The notes below the pieces were generated by a model that worked only from the letters and a program-made list of their open reading frames with translations, did no database searches and had not been told where the DNA came from. The position numbers and the translations under genes are program-made. Of a DNA stretch of 64,000 nucleotides, positions 37,171-46,973 are shown in pieces (positions within the stretch are counted from its first letter, which is position 1; each line of letters starts with the position of its first letter). Source of the DNA: an uncultured bacterium (GTDB lineage: Bacteria > Acidobacteriota > Thermoanaerobaculia > Multivoradales > JAHZIX01). The stretch covers positions 288,001 to 352,000 of the forward strand of contig CBDUPA010000004.1 of the NCBI GenBank assembly GCA_965368975.1. The letters are read 5' to 3'.

Positions 37171-38010
37171 TCATCCTAGGAGACAGCGGAACCCGACCCA
37201 CTCTCCTGCCTGACGCTCTTGCTCGACCCGGAATCCGACGTCTTCCAGGCGATCGCTGATCTCAGCACCACGCGTGGCCAGGATGCCGGAGAACACCGCT
37301 TCCCCTCCTCGGCGCAATCTCGACGGTAGCAACGGCAGGTGGGGTAGGAAGTTCTCGGGCAGGATGTTGATCAGCGCGACGTCGAAGCCGGCTCCGGGGG
37401 CGATGACGGCGAGATCTCCGGCGAACAACGTTGGTTCGGGGCCCGGATTCAAGGCCCGGAATTGACCGGCGTGCAGGATGGCGACGGGGTCGACGTCGAA
37501 GCCGACGGCGGTTCGGGCGCCCAGGCGCAGGGCGGCGAAGGCGAGGATGCCGCTGCCGGTGCCGACGTCCAGGAAGCGCCGGCCATCGAAGGCCAGGCCT
37601 TCCATCAACTCCAGCGCCAGGCGCGTGCTCTCGTGACTGCCGGTGCCAAAGGCTTCGCGAGCCGGGAGGCGGAGCAGGATTCGACCGTCGGAAGGTTCTT
37701 GCGTCGCGCTCTCGTCGGGCTCGCGCGGATCGATGCGGAAGCGCTCACCAATCTCGAGCGGCTGGACGTGACGCCGGTAGGCGGCCATCCAATCGTCGGC
37801 CGGCAGTTCTTCGCTGCCGAGAAACTCTGCGCCTGCTGGTGCTTGTGGAGGCGAAGTTTCCAGGTCGACGAAGGCGTCGACTTCGAGCTGACCGCCCGGG
37901 CGCTCACGCTGTTCCAGACCGAGAATGCCGTCGGCCCACAGCTGGGCGGTGACGGCTTCCTCCAACGCTGCCGGCAGGAGATACCGGCAGCGCCGGTAGG
38001 AGGTGGCCAT
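37171..38010 (-). CDS. prmA: Ribosomal protein L11 methyltransferase
   Basis: AFGTGSHESTRL, LDVGTGSGIL, DVDPVA, NIL and SGIL. Confidence 0.92.
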   Translation of the reverse strand: MATSYRRCRYLLPAALEEAVTAQLWADGILGLEQRERPGGQLEVDAFVDLETSPPQAPAGAEFLGSEELPADDWMAAYRRHVQPLEIGERFRIDPREPDESATQEPSDGRILLRLPAREAFGTGSHESTRLALELMEGLAFDGRRFLDVGTGSGILAFAALRLGARTAVGFDVDPVAILHAGQFRALNPGPEPTLFAGDLAVIAPGAGFDVALINILPENFLPHLPLLPSRLRRGGEAVFSGILATRGAEISDRLEDVGFRVEQERQAGEWVGFRCLLG

Positions 38011-38014
38011 GGGA

Positions 38015-39205
38015 TCAGCCGATCTTCAGCTCCAGCGGTTGATCGCTGCCGAGGAGGTCGCCACCGTCGAGCAAGTCGTCGCCAGAGCCGGCTTCCAGGT
38101 TCGAGTCCATTTCTTCGCGTGCAATGTCGGCGGTGAACTGGACGCCCTCGATCTTGAGCTTGAATTCGTCCGGGTTGGTGGCGCGGCGTAGGGCTTCTTC
38201 GAGCGTGATCAGGCCCTGCTTGTAGAGCACGTACAGGGCTTGGTCGAACGTCTGCATACCGTACTGGCTGGTACCGAGCGCGATCTGCTCGCGGATGTAC
38301 TTGGTCTTTTCTTTCTGCTCGATGCACTCGCGGATGTAGGGCGTCGTGATCATGATCTCGGCCGCGGGTACACGGCCGATGCCATCGGAGCGAGGTACCA
38401 GGCGCATCGAGATGACGGATTTGAGAACCTGCCCGAGCTGAATACGCACCTGCTTCTGGTGGTGCGGTGGGAAGACGGAGATGATGCGGTTGATGGTCTC
38501 GGCAGCATCCATGGTGTGCAGGGTAGAGAACACCAAGTGGCCGGTCTCGGCCGCGTGCAGCGCCGTCTCGATGGTCTCGAAGTCGCGCATTTCACCGACC
38601 AGCACGACATCCGGATCCTGGCGCATGGCGGCGCGCAGGGCGGAGGGGAAGGTACGGGTGTCGACATCGATCTCGCGCTGATTGACCAGTGACTTCTTGT
38701 CACGATGCAGGAACTCGATCGGATCTTCGATGGTGATGATGTGCTCGGCGCGGCGCGTGTTGATGTGGTCGACCATGGCGGCCAGAGTGGTCGACTTACC
38801 GGAACCGGTGGTGCCGGTCACCAGTACCAGGCCACGACGTTCCTCGCAGATCTTCTCGACCACCGCCGGCATCATCAGTTCGCGGATGGTCTTGATCTTG
38901 GACGGAATGACACGCATGACGAGGCCCACGGCACCTCGCTGCTGGAAGGCGTTGACGCGGAAGCGACCGAGCCCCGGCACGGAGTAGCTGAGGTCGAGTT
39001 CGAGCTCTTCTTTGAAGCGCTGCTTCTGACGGCCGTTCATCATCGAGAACGCCATCTGGATGGTGTCCTCTTGCATCAAGCGCTTGATGTCACGGGTCTC
39101 TTGCAACTCGCCGTCGATACGGCACATCGGATGGCAACCCACCTTGAGATGGATATCGGAAGCCTTCCGCTCGACGGCTATGTTGAGCAGCTCATTGATG
39201 TTCAT
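38015..39205 (-). CDS. pilT: Type IV pilus retraction ATPase PilT/PilU family
   Basis: ASDIHL, GTTGSGKSTT, TIEDPIE, RQDPD, GEMRD, ETGHLVFSTLHT and GMQTFDQ. Confidence 0.93.
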   Translation of the reverse strand: MNINELLNIAVERKASDIHLKVGCHPMCRIDGELQETRDIKRLMQEDTIQMAFSMMNGRQKQRFKEELELDLSYSVPGLGRFRVNAFQQRGAVGLVMRVIPSKIKTIRELMMPAVVEKICEERRGLVLVTGTTGSGKSTTLAAMVDHINTRRAEHIITIEDPIEFLHRDKKSLVNQREIDVDTRTFPSALRAAMRQDPDVVLVGEMRDFETIETALHAAETGHLVFSTLHTMDAAETINRIISVFPPHHQKQVRIQLGQVLKSVISMRLVPRSDGIGRVPAAEIMITTPYIRECIEQKEKTKYIREQIALGTSQYGMQTFDQALYVLYKQGLITLEEALRRATNPDEFKLKIEGVQFTADIAREEMDSNLEAGSGDDLLDGGDLLGSDQPLELKIG

Positions 39206-39260
39206 CGGTCACTCCTGGGGCTGTCACTCTTGGCGTGGAAGAAGGGGTCGGGGCTCAGTG

Positions 39261-39289
39261 ATCGTATTGGTGCGCGGCGGAGGTGTCAA
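39261..39289 (-). promoter_or_regulatory. Sigma70-type promoter for pilT
   Basis: Minus strand TTGACA-17 bp-TACGAT; the -35 overlaps the rsmE stop codon. Confidence 0.6.
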
Positions 39290-40029
39290 CGCGCCGCACC
39301 TGGGGCTTGGAAGGGCTCTCGAGGCGGCTGCAGCAGGATCGCGGCACCGGCCAGAGCAGCCGTCTCGATGCGCAGGACGGTGGAGCCAAGACCGCGCGGT
39401 TGCGTGCCGAGTTGGTCGAGTTGCGCGCGCTCGTCGTTGCTCCAGCCACCTTCTGGGCCGACCAGCAAGATGGCGCTCGGTGGACTGTCGACCCGTGGCG
39501 CGGCCAGGGCAGGAGCACCAGGGTCGAGGCGGTAAACGGAGCGCGGCTCGTGTACGGCGGTGAGCAACGCGGGCACTTCGTGCCAGTCGTGGACACCACT
39601 GAGCGTCGGTAGACGCGAGCGCTGACACTGTTCGAGCGCTGCTACCGCGACGCGGCGCAGGCGTTCGAGGTTGCCGTCGCCGTAGCCCCGCGGATCTCGC
39701 TCGGTTCGCAGGAAGCGGATCGTCGTGACGCCGAGTTCGGTCGCCTTCTCGACCAGCCAGCTGGCGCGCTGGAAGCGTGGAGCCGCGACCAGCAGGTGTA
39801 GGTGCAGATTGGGCTCGCCGTTGGGTAGGGCTTCTCCCGTACCGACGCGGGCCTCCTTGCTGCCGACGTGCTCGACGAGGCCGGAGCGCGCTTGACCGGC
39901 TCCATCGACCAGTCGTAGCTCGGCACCAACGGGCAGCCGGCGCGAGCGAAACAGGTGCCGATACGCATCGCCGCGCACCTGGAGGTGCGCGGCGTGGAAT
40001 TCCTCAGCGGAAACGAGAAGCGTGATCAG
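39286..40029 (-). CDS. rsmE: 16S rRNA U1498 methyltransferase (possible CTG start at 40029; GTG 39978 is the alternative)
   Basis: EKATELGV, ALEQC, VGPEGG and LRIETAA. Confidence 0.92.
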   Translation of the reverse strand: MITLLVSAEEFHAAHLQVRGDAYRHLFRSRRLPVGAELRLVDGAGQARSGLVEHVGSKEARVGTGEALPNGEPNLHLHLLVAAPRFQRASWLVEKATELGVTTIRFLRTERDPRGYGDGNLERLRRVAVAALEQCQRSRLPTLSGVHDWHEVPALLTAVHEPRSVYRLDPGAPALAAPRVDSPPSAILLVGPEGGWSNDERAQLDQLGTQPRGLGSTVLRIETAALAGAAILLQPPREPFQAPGAAR

Positions 40030-40064
40030 CCTGTCGGCCCTCTAAGCTTGGACTCGTCCTGGGA

Positions 40065-41753
40065 TCAGTTCGGTTTCTCGACGGCCTGCTTTTCCGCCAG
40101 CTGGGCCCGCTCTTCACGCAACTGGTGGCGGCGCGTGAGCAGGTCCCCGGCTTCGTCGAAGAGGCCGAGCGCGGTTTGGATCTGGTTGTCACCTTCTGCC
40201 AATGCGCGGTGCCAGGCGTCTTGGCCGAAGGCCGCGTTGAATACCTCGGCCCGGATCTGACGCATCGCGTAGTCGCGGTTCTTGGGCTCTTGCATCGCCT
40301 CGTCCCATTCTTCGGCGGTGGCGATCTCTTCGCTCACGACCCAATCACGGAAGGCGTTCAGCGTGCCCCCGTTGGGTTGCCAGGCCTCGTTGCGCACGGG
40401 CTTCTTGCCTTGGTAGTCGATGCCGAAGTTGAAGAAGGCGTTGTTGATCAACAGCCGCTGACCGAAGCGTGGGATGGTCTGCGAGCGCACGGAAACGTCC
40501 GGTGTGATGCCGCCACCGGCATACACCGAGCGGCCCAGGTCCGTGGCGAAGACTTCGACGTCCTCGCCCAGCTCCAGATTCTCGCGTGTGATCTCCGGGC
40601 TGGTGCCGCTAGCGGCTTCGTTGGCTGCTTCCGTCTCGCCCGCTTCTTCTTCTGGGGCTCCGCCATCGTAGGCGTAGTAGTCGTAGAAGGAGGTGTAGTC
40701 GCGCTGGATCAGGCGTCCCGAGGGGGTGTAGTAGCGCGCAGTGGTCAGTGCCAGGCCAGCACCGTAGGACAGGCTGTAGACGGTCTGCACCAGCCCCTTG
40801 CCCCAGGTGCGGGTGCCGGTGATGACGCCGACGTCGTGGTCCTGGATGGCGCCGGCGAGAATCTCGGCCGCGGATGCGGTACCGCTGTTGACCAGCACGA
40901 CCACTGGCAAGTCGAGATCTTCGTAGTTCTCACCAGCGTAGAACGCCTGGAAGCTGTTGCGGGTACGGCCTCGTGTCTCGACGATCTTGGTGCCTTCGGG
41001 CACGAACTGCTCGGAGACCTCGATCGCCTGGTCGAGCAGGCCGCCGCCGTTGTTGCGCAGGTCGATCAGCAGTTGCTGCATGCCCTGTTCCTTGAGCTTG
41101 TCGAGCGTGTCCGCGACTTCCGAGCCGGTACTGCGGTTGAAGTCCGTGATGCGCAGGTAGCCGGTTTCCGGTGTCAGCATGTAGGCGTAGCGTACGGTGG
41201 TTTGCGGGATCTCCGCTCGCGTCACGCTCATCGCCAGCGGCTCGTCGACGCCGCCGCGCAGGACCGTGATGTCGACCTCGGTGCCCTTCGGGCCCTTGAG
41301 CTTGCTCACGGCTTCGTCGAGCGTGATCGACTCGGTGCTCTCGCCGCCGATCGTGTCGATGATGTCTCCAGCTTGGATGCCCAGCCGTGCCGCGGGTCCG
41401 CCCTCGATCGGGGTGATCACTGTGACCCGTCCGTTACGGATACCGACCATGATGCCGAGACCGTAGAAGTGCGAGCGCTGACGGTCGCGCATGTCGTCGT
41501 AGGCGCGTGGCGGCAGGAAGTTGGTGTGAGGATCGAGGGTGCGGGTCATGCCGTTGATCGAGGCATAGACCAGGTCTTGGTAGGTCACCTCGTCGCCGTA
41601 GTGCTGGTGTGCGGCGGTGATCAGCTCGGTGTAGAGCCGGAGCGAGGAGCGGGCCTCGTCGGTCATGGCCTGGATGTGCGTGCCGTAAAGGCCGCCGGCC
41701 ACAACTGCGAGGACGAAGAGGAGGACGGTCGTGTTGCGCCAGGACTTTCTCAT
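40065..41753 (-). CDS. ctpA: Carboxyl-terminal processing protease (S41) with PDZ domain
   Basis: LDPHT, GLGI, DLRNNGGGLL, TASAAEI, GKGLVQ and TARYYTPSGR. Confidence 0.93.
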   Translation of the reverse strand: MRKSWRNTTVLLFVLAVVAGGLYGTHIQAMTDEARSSLRLYTELITAAHQHYGDEVTYQDLVYASINGMTRTLDPHTNFLPPRAYDDMRDRQRSHFYGLGIMVGIRNGRVTVITPIEGGPAARLGIQAGDIIDTIGGESTESITLDEAVSKLKGPKGTEVDITVLRGGVDEPLAMSVTRAEIPQTTVRYAYMLTPETGYLRITDFNRSTGSEVADTLDKLKEQGMQQLLIDLRNNGGGLLDQAIEVSEQFVPEGTKIVETRGRTRNSFQAFYAGENYEDLDLPVVVLVNSGTASAAEILAGAIQDHDVGVITGTRTWGKGLVQTVYSLSYGAGLALTTARYYTPSGRLIQRDYTSFYDYYAYDGGAPEEEAGETEAANEAASGTSPEITRENLELGEDVEVFATDLGRSVYAGGGITPDVSVRSQTIPRFGQRLLINNAFFNFGIDYQGKKPVRNEAWQPNGGTLNAFRDWVVSEEIATAEEWDEAMQEPKNRDYAMRQIRAEVFNAAFGQDAWHRALAEGDNQIQTALGLFDEAGDLLTRRHQLREERAQLAEKQAVEKPN

Positions 41754-41921
41754 AGATGGAGTGTATCATTCGGCCTGTGCCGTATCCGACGCCGTGCATT
41801 CGACGCCGGAGCGTGTTTCTAGAACTTACGTACCGCTGGTCAGGCTGGATTATTCCGCTGCGAACCCGTTCGTTGGCAGCACCTCCCAGGCCGGTGAGTC
41901 CCGGATCGACCTCCTGAATCC

Positions 41922-42350
41922 ATGATCGGCTCCCTGGGCTTCGCAGAAGTCGCCTTCATCGTCCTCCTCGCCTTGCTCATCTTCGGCCCGCGCAAGCTGC
42001 CGGAGCTGGCTCGCTCGGCGGGCAAGGCCATGGGGGAACTGCGCCGGGCGACCGACGAGGTCAAGCGCACGTTCAACACCGAGCTGGCCCTGGATCCCGA
42101 CGAAGCTCCGCGCACGGAGCGACGGCCGAGCATGGCGCCCAAACAGGCGCAGCTACCCGAAGACGATGCATCGACGATCGACCCATCCCCGCGCATCGCC
42201 GTCGCCAGTGGTGCGCAGCCGCAGCAGGGCTTGTCGTCGCGAGCGGTGTCGGAAGAGCCACATCAGCAGGACGAGTCACCTCGCCGGCCGGCTCACGGGG
42301 AAGATCCTGACGCCGAGGTTGCCGCTTCCGAGTCGTCGCGGGAGGCCTGA
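41922..42350 (+). CDS. tatB: Twin-arginine translocase TatA/TatB subunit
   Basis: LGFAE..I..LALLIFGPRKLPELARSAGK; upstream of tatC. Confidence 0.85.
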   Translation: MIGSLGFAEVAFIVLLALLIFGPRKLPELARSAGKAMGELRRATDEVKRTFNTELALDPDEAPRTERRPSMAPKQAQLPEDDASTIDPSPRIAVASGAQPQQGLSSRAVSEEPHQQDESPRRPAHGEDPDAEVAASESSREA

Positions 42351-42355
42351 ATTCC

Positions 42356-43240
42356 GTGACCGACCGCGCGCTGCCGCCGTCCGAGCCAGACCCTGACGGG
42401 CGGCTTGCTTCTGCGGGCTCCGCTGCTGTGCCAGGCTCGGCTTCGAAGGGTCAGGCCGCCGCCGAAGAGCTGCCCCGCATGGGCTTGCTCGATCACCTGG
42501 ACGAACTGCGCAAGCGAATCCTGCGCAGCGTCATCGTGGTGATCGTTGGCTTCCTCGGTTGCTGGTCCTTCGCCCCCTGGTTCGTCGAGATCCTCAGCCG
42601 GCCGATCACGCCTCTGCTGCCCGCCGATCGCAAGCTCGCCTTCTTCGCCCCCACCGAAGCCTTCATGCTCTACATCAAGGTGTCGCTCTTGGTGTCGATC
42701 TTCTTGATGGCTCCGTTCCTGCTCTACCAGCTGTGGGCCTTCATCTCTCCCGGGCTGTACCGCAAGGAAAAGCGTTTCGCCATCCCTTTCATCTTCTTTG
42801 GCAGCGTCTTCTTCCTCGCCGGTGGCGTCTTCGCCTACTACGTCGCGCTGCCGTTCGCGCTCGAGTTTCTGGTCGACCTCGGCAGCGAGCAGTTCGAGCC
42901 GCTCATCTCAGCCACCACGTACTTCCACTTTATGATGGCGGTCGTGCTCGGCCTCGGCGTCATGTTCGAGTTGCCGATCCTGATCTTCCTGCTCTCCTGG
43001 ATCGGCATCGTGACCCCGCGCTTCCTGATGCGGCACTTCCGCTGGGCGGTGCTGCTGATCTTCATCGTTTCGGCGATCATCACGCCGACGCCGGACATCT
43101 TCAATCTGTGCTTGTTCGCGCTGCCGACGTTGGCGCTCTACCTGCTCGGCGTCGGGGTGTCGGCGGTGGTGTTGGGGAATCGGAAGCGGCTGGCCACACA
43201 GAAAGCTGCTGACGTCGAGGGTTCCGAGGGCGAGACCTAG
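42356..43240 (+). CDS. tatC: Twin-arginine translocase TatC
   Basis: LLDHLDELRKR, YQLWAFISPGLY, FELP and AIITPTPD. Confidence 0.96.
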   Translation: MTDRALPPSEPDPDGRLASAGSAAVPGSASKGQAAAEELPRMGLLDHLDELRKRILRSVIVVIVGFLGCWSFAPWFVEILSRPITPLLPADRKLAFFAPTEAFMLYIKVSLLVSIFLMAPFLLYQLWAFISPGLYRKEKRFAIPFIFFGSVFFLAGGVFAYYVALPFALEFLVDLGSEQFEPLISATTYFHFMMAVVLGLGVMFELPILIFLLSWIGIVTPRFLMRHFRWAVLLIFIVSAIITPTPDIFNLCLFALPTLALYLLGVGVSAVVLGNRKRLATQKAADVEGSEGET

Positions 43241-45126
43241 AGTAGCTCCGCGATCTCTCTCGACCGCTGGACCAACTCCTCGACCATCGCCTCGACGTCC
43301 GTCAGCTTCGGCACTTGACGCAGATACTCGATGTCGTCGAGCAGCTTCTCGAGTTCCGCCATGGTCGCTTGCTGCACCTTGCGGTGGCGCAGGAAGCGTC
43401 CCCAGTCTGCCTGTGGGGTGTCCTTGGGGAGGAGCTCGCGCGTGATCAGGAAGTGTTCCCAGGCGACGACGGCTTCACTGACGGCGCGGCGAGCGGCACG
43501 GTGGCGGAAGGCGGCGGTGAGCTCGTGGACGAGGTGTTCGACCTGGTCTCGCCGTTGGCGTCGACGTGCCAGGCGGGTCTGGATCTGTTCGCGGCGGCTG
43601 AGTAGCGTGAAAGCGATGGAGACGGCGGCGAGGATGGGCCACCACCATCTAGAGAGGTGCTGTGGCTCGGCGGTGGTTTGCGTTCCGGTGGTTTGCGTCT
43701 CGGCGGTCGGCTCCTCGCCGGTCGTTGTCTTGGGGAGAGGGTTGGCCGGATCGACGACCAGCTGCAACTCGTCTGTGGTCGCCAGGTGGTAGGCCTTGGA
43801 TTCGGGATCAAAGTAGAGGAGGCGCACCGCGGGGACGGTGAAGGTGCCCTCGTGCTCCGGCACCAGGACGTAGCCCCATCTCTGGGTTTGCCAGACGACG
43901 TCGTTCTCGATCTTTTGCTCGGTACGCTGTTCTGGCGGCAGTTGCTGGAAGCTCTCGGGCAGCGTGAAGGTTGGAGCCGGGAGGACTTGCAGGTGGCCGT
44001 TGCTGACGGCAGTGAGCGTCCAGGTGGTGGCGGTGCCGGCGGCGACGCTAGCTGGCGTCAGCGTCGCGCTGAAGTCGACCTCGCCTACCAGGGTCTGGCC
44101 GAGCTGTCCCGAACGCAGGACGCCTTGGGCGGTCAAGTCCGCGATGGACACACCGTCGACCTCGTCCGGCAGGGGGGGCAGCTCGCGGGCCTGGAGGGCG
44201 AGGCGGTTGCTGCGCCGGCGAACCTGTTCCTCGGTGGGGGCACCTGGTGGCCTATCGGGAGTTTGAGCGGAAGGTAGCTTGATATTCATCTGCGCCTCGG
44301 CGGCTTCGAGGACCAACTCACCGGATTGCAGCGGGAAGAGGGCGCGCTGCAGCAGGATGGCGCGACTGAAACGCTCGCCGCCGTCTTCGATGCTGCGGGC
44401 GGGGCGTTGACCGACGATCATTTCGTGCACCCAGAAGCCGCGAAACTCGGGCAGGGCCCGCGGGCGAATGCCACTGATGTTGCTCTGGTAGTCGAGGTAC
44501 AGGCGGTAGCGGATCTGCTGACCGACGTAGGGCTGGCTGGGTGTGATGGTGGCGCGCAGCCGCACCTGCGGTGGTGAACGCGGGGGAGGAGGGGACGGCG
44601 GTGGTGGCGTGGTGGCACGAGGCAGGGTGCGGCGGGGACTCACGCCAGCCGCTCGCGGCGGCGCCTCGACCTGTACGTCGATGTACTGGCTGGGAAGTTC
44701 GAAGGTGCGACTGCCCAGGCGGACGCGGATTTTACGCACGCGTGCCTTGCCGACTCGCTGCGGTCGCAGGTGCCAGACCCAGGCGTCGAGACTGGACTGT
44801 AGGCCCTGGCGACGCAGAGCGTCACCGCGGCGGCGCTCAGGGCCACGAACAACTTCGAGGTTGTCGAGTTCGAAGTCGACGATCGGCTTGTGGGTGGCGA
44901 GGCCCCGGCCGCCCAGATTGTGCACGAAGATCTGGAACTGGACCTCTTCGTCGAGGCCGATCAGTGCCGGTTCCAGGACGGCTTGCAGGCGCAGGTCGCT
45001 GTTGGCGTGCACGGGTCGTTCCGCACTCGCGACCACGGCCAGGAGCAGCATGGCGACCAGCAGGCGTGTCTTCAGCTGGACACCGACCCGGACTCGCCCG
45101 CATGGAGCGTTACCAGTCAGGTGCAC
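43237..45126 (-). CDS. BatD-family protein
   Basis: Signal peptide, PYVGQQ, LPEFRGFW, ALFPLQSG and YFDPESKAY; C-terminal TM; in Bat operon. Confidence 0.82.
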   Translation of the reverse strand: MHLTGNAPCGRVRVGVQLKTRLLVAMLLLAVVASAERPVHANSDLRLQAVLEPALIGLDEEVQFQIFVHNLGGRGLATHKPIVDFELDNLEVVRGPERRRGDALRRQGLQSSLDAWVWHLRPQRVGKARVRKIRVRLGSRTFELPSQYIDVQVEAPPRAAGVSPRRTLPRATTPPPPSPPPPRSPPQVRLRATITPSQPYVGQQIRYRLYLDYQSNISGIRPRALPEFRGFWVHEMIVGQRPARSIEDGGERFSRAILLQRALFPLQSGELVLEAAEAQMNIKLPSAQTPDRPPGAPTEEQVRRRSNRLALQARELPPLPDEVDGVSIADLTAQGVLRSGQLGQTLVGEVDFSATLTPASVAAGTATTWTLTAVSNGHLQVLPAPTFTLPESFQQLPPEQRTEQKIENDVVWQTQRWGYVLVPEHEGTFTVPAVRLLYFDPESKAYHLATTDELQLVVDPANPLPKTTTGEEPTAETQTTGTQTTAEPQHLSRWWWPILAAVSIAFTLLSRREQIQTRLARRRQRRDQVEHLVHELTAAFRHRAARRAVSEAVVAWEHFLITRELLPKDTPQADWGRFLRHRKVQQATMAELEKLLDDIEYLRQVPKLTDVEAMVEELVQRSREIAELL

Positions 45127-46945
45127 CGCTGTTGGGCCGGGCCCGCTGAGGCTCGGACTGCTCCTGTTGCTGCTGGCGTTCCAGGTTGTCGACCGCGTTG
45201 AGCAGAGCCTGCGCTTGCTCGGGCGTCATCTCTTCTTGCTCCTCGAAGCCGTCCGATGGCTGTGGCTGTGGCTGTGGTGGAGGCGGTTCGGGCGCTGGTG
45301 GCGGTGGTGGCTGCGGTGGTGCGGAGGGCGACTCGGGCTGTTGTTGCAGCAAGGCCCATTCGAGGTTGAACTTGGCGTCCTGGTGGCCGGGGTCGACGCG
45401 CAGCGCTTGTTTGTAGGCCTCGATAGCGGCCGCGGCATCGTTGGCGTCGAGATGGGCGTTGCCGAGGTTGTACCAGGCGTCGGCGGCCAGGTCACTCCCT
45501 GCCGTGGCTCCAGCAGCCATTGCTGCGTCGGCGGCGGCCTGCAGCAACTCGATGGCGTCCTCGATGTCGCTACCGGAGGCGGAGAGGCTTGTCCCAGCGT
45601 TGTAGAGGACGCGCGGATCGTCCGGCGCCCAGCGGCGTGCTTGTTCGAAGTCTTCGGCGGCACTGGTGAAGTTGCCCTCGCGGTAGGCGGCGAGGCCGCT
45701 GCCGGTGGCGGCACGCGGGTTGTGCCACAGGCGCTCATTCCAGCTGGGGTCGTCGCTGGTGGCTGGGGCCGCGGCGAGTGCCGGATCCGAGGTCGCACCG
45801 ACGGCCGACGAAGGCCCGTCTGGCGTGGTCGGGCGATCCTGCGCGTGCGGTACAGGGCCCGGCAGGACGAGCAAGAGCCCAGCGAGAGCCGCGGTGATTC
45901 GCGGGCGGCGCCGTGGCCGAGGGGGGCTGGCGCCAGGAGTCGAGGGCGGAGCGGGGCGCAGGAAGAGCTGCAGCAGCAGGGCGACAACGGCAGCGACGAG
46001 CGGCAGCTGGAAGCGCTCTCGCAGCGTCTCGTTGCGCGCGCCGGGTCGAGTATCGGCGAGCAGGGGCTGGCCGCGCAGCTGGTCGAGGTGCTGTAGCAGC
46101 GGTGCTGGATCGATGCCGGCACGCTGTGCTTCCAGGTACAGACCGCCGGTGGCGTCGACGAGTTGCTGCAGCGGTTCTGGCCGCAGCCGGCTGATGACCG
46201 GGCTGCCGTCGCTATGGCGCTTGAAATCGCTGTCGCCGACAGCGGCTGGAACCCGTGCGCCCTCGAGGGTGCCGATGCCCACCGCATAGACGGTGATGCC
46301 AGCATTGCGCAGCCGTTGCAGCTGCATCGCGAGCTCGCCGGAATGGTCCTCGCCGTCGGTGAGTAGCAGGATCACGCGCTGGCGGTCGCCAGTGTCGGCG
46401 AGCAAGGCAGCGGCCTGCGGCAGAGCGGCCGCCAGCGAGGTGCCGGGGACGATCAGGCTGCCGGCATGGACGCTGTCGAGCATCAAGTCGAGGCCGTCGA
46501 GATCGGGTGTCAACGGCGAAATGACATGGCCTTGTCCCTCCATCAGAACCAGCGCGACACGGCCGCCTCGCAGTTCGGGCAGGAGTTGTCGAGTCAGTGA
46601 CTTGGCAGCGTCCAGGCGGGACGGCAGGACGTCGTCGACGGCCATCGACAGGGAGGCGTCGAGCAACAGCACGACATCGGCTCCGCGCGCTGGGCGGCTG
46701 GAGCCATCGTGGCCCCAGCGCGGTCTCGCCAGTCCGATCACGATGGCGAGGACGGCGACGGTGAGCAGCACTGTCGCCGTCCACAAGCGCCAGGGCTCGA
46801 TGCAGTAGTCGAGGCGTCGCCACAGTCCGCGCGCTGCCCAAGCACGGCTGGCGCGCATCCAGCGCCGCCACAGCAGCACCGCGGTCAGCGCTGCCAGGGG
46901 AGCCAGCGGCAGCAGCCAGAGCGCGGAGGGTTGCTGGAAGTTCAT
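45110..46945 (-). CDS. VWA plus TPR protein (BatB/BatC fusion)
   Basis: LARPRWG, DASLSM, LTDGED; TPRs YNAG, AWYNLGNA and DAKFNLE. Confidence 0.88.
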   Translation of the reverse strand: MNFQQPSALWLLPLAPLAALTAVLLWRRWMRASRAWAARGLWRRLDYCIEPWRLWTATVLLTVAVLAIVIGLARPRWGHDGSSRPARGADVVLLLDASLSMAVDDVLPSRLDAAKSLTRQLLPELRGGRVALVLMEGQGHVISPLTPDLDGLDLMLDSVHAGSLIVPGTSLAAALPQAAALLADTGDRQRVILLLTDGEDHSGELAMQLQRLRNAGITVYAVGIGTLEGARVPAAVGDSDFKRHSDGSPVISRLRPEPLQQLVDATGGLYLEAQRAGIDPAPLLQHLDQLRGQPLLADTRPGARNETLRERFQLPLVAAVVALLLQLFLRPAPPSTPGASPPRPRRRPRITAALAGLLLVLPGPVPHAQDRPTTPDGPSSAVGATSDPALAAAPATSDDPSWNERLWHNPRAATGSGLAAYREGNFTSAAEDFEQARRWAPDDPRVLYNAGTSLSASGSDIEDAIELLQAAADAAMAAGATAGSDLAADAWYNLGNAHLDANDAAAAIEAYKQALRVDPGHQDAKFNLEWALLQQQPESPSAPPQPPPPPAPEPPPPQPQPQPSDGFEEQEEMTPEQAQALLNAVDNLERQQQQEQSEPQRARPNSGAPDW

Positions 46946-46973
46946 CAGGGCTCGAGCCTCAACAGTTCGACTC

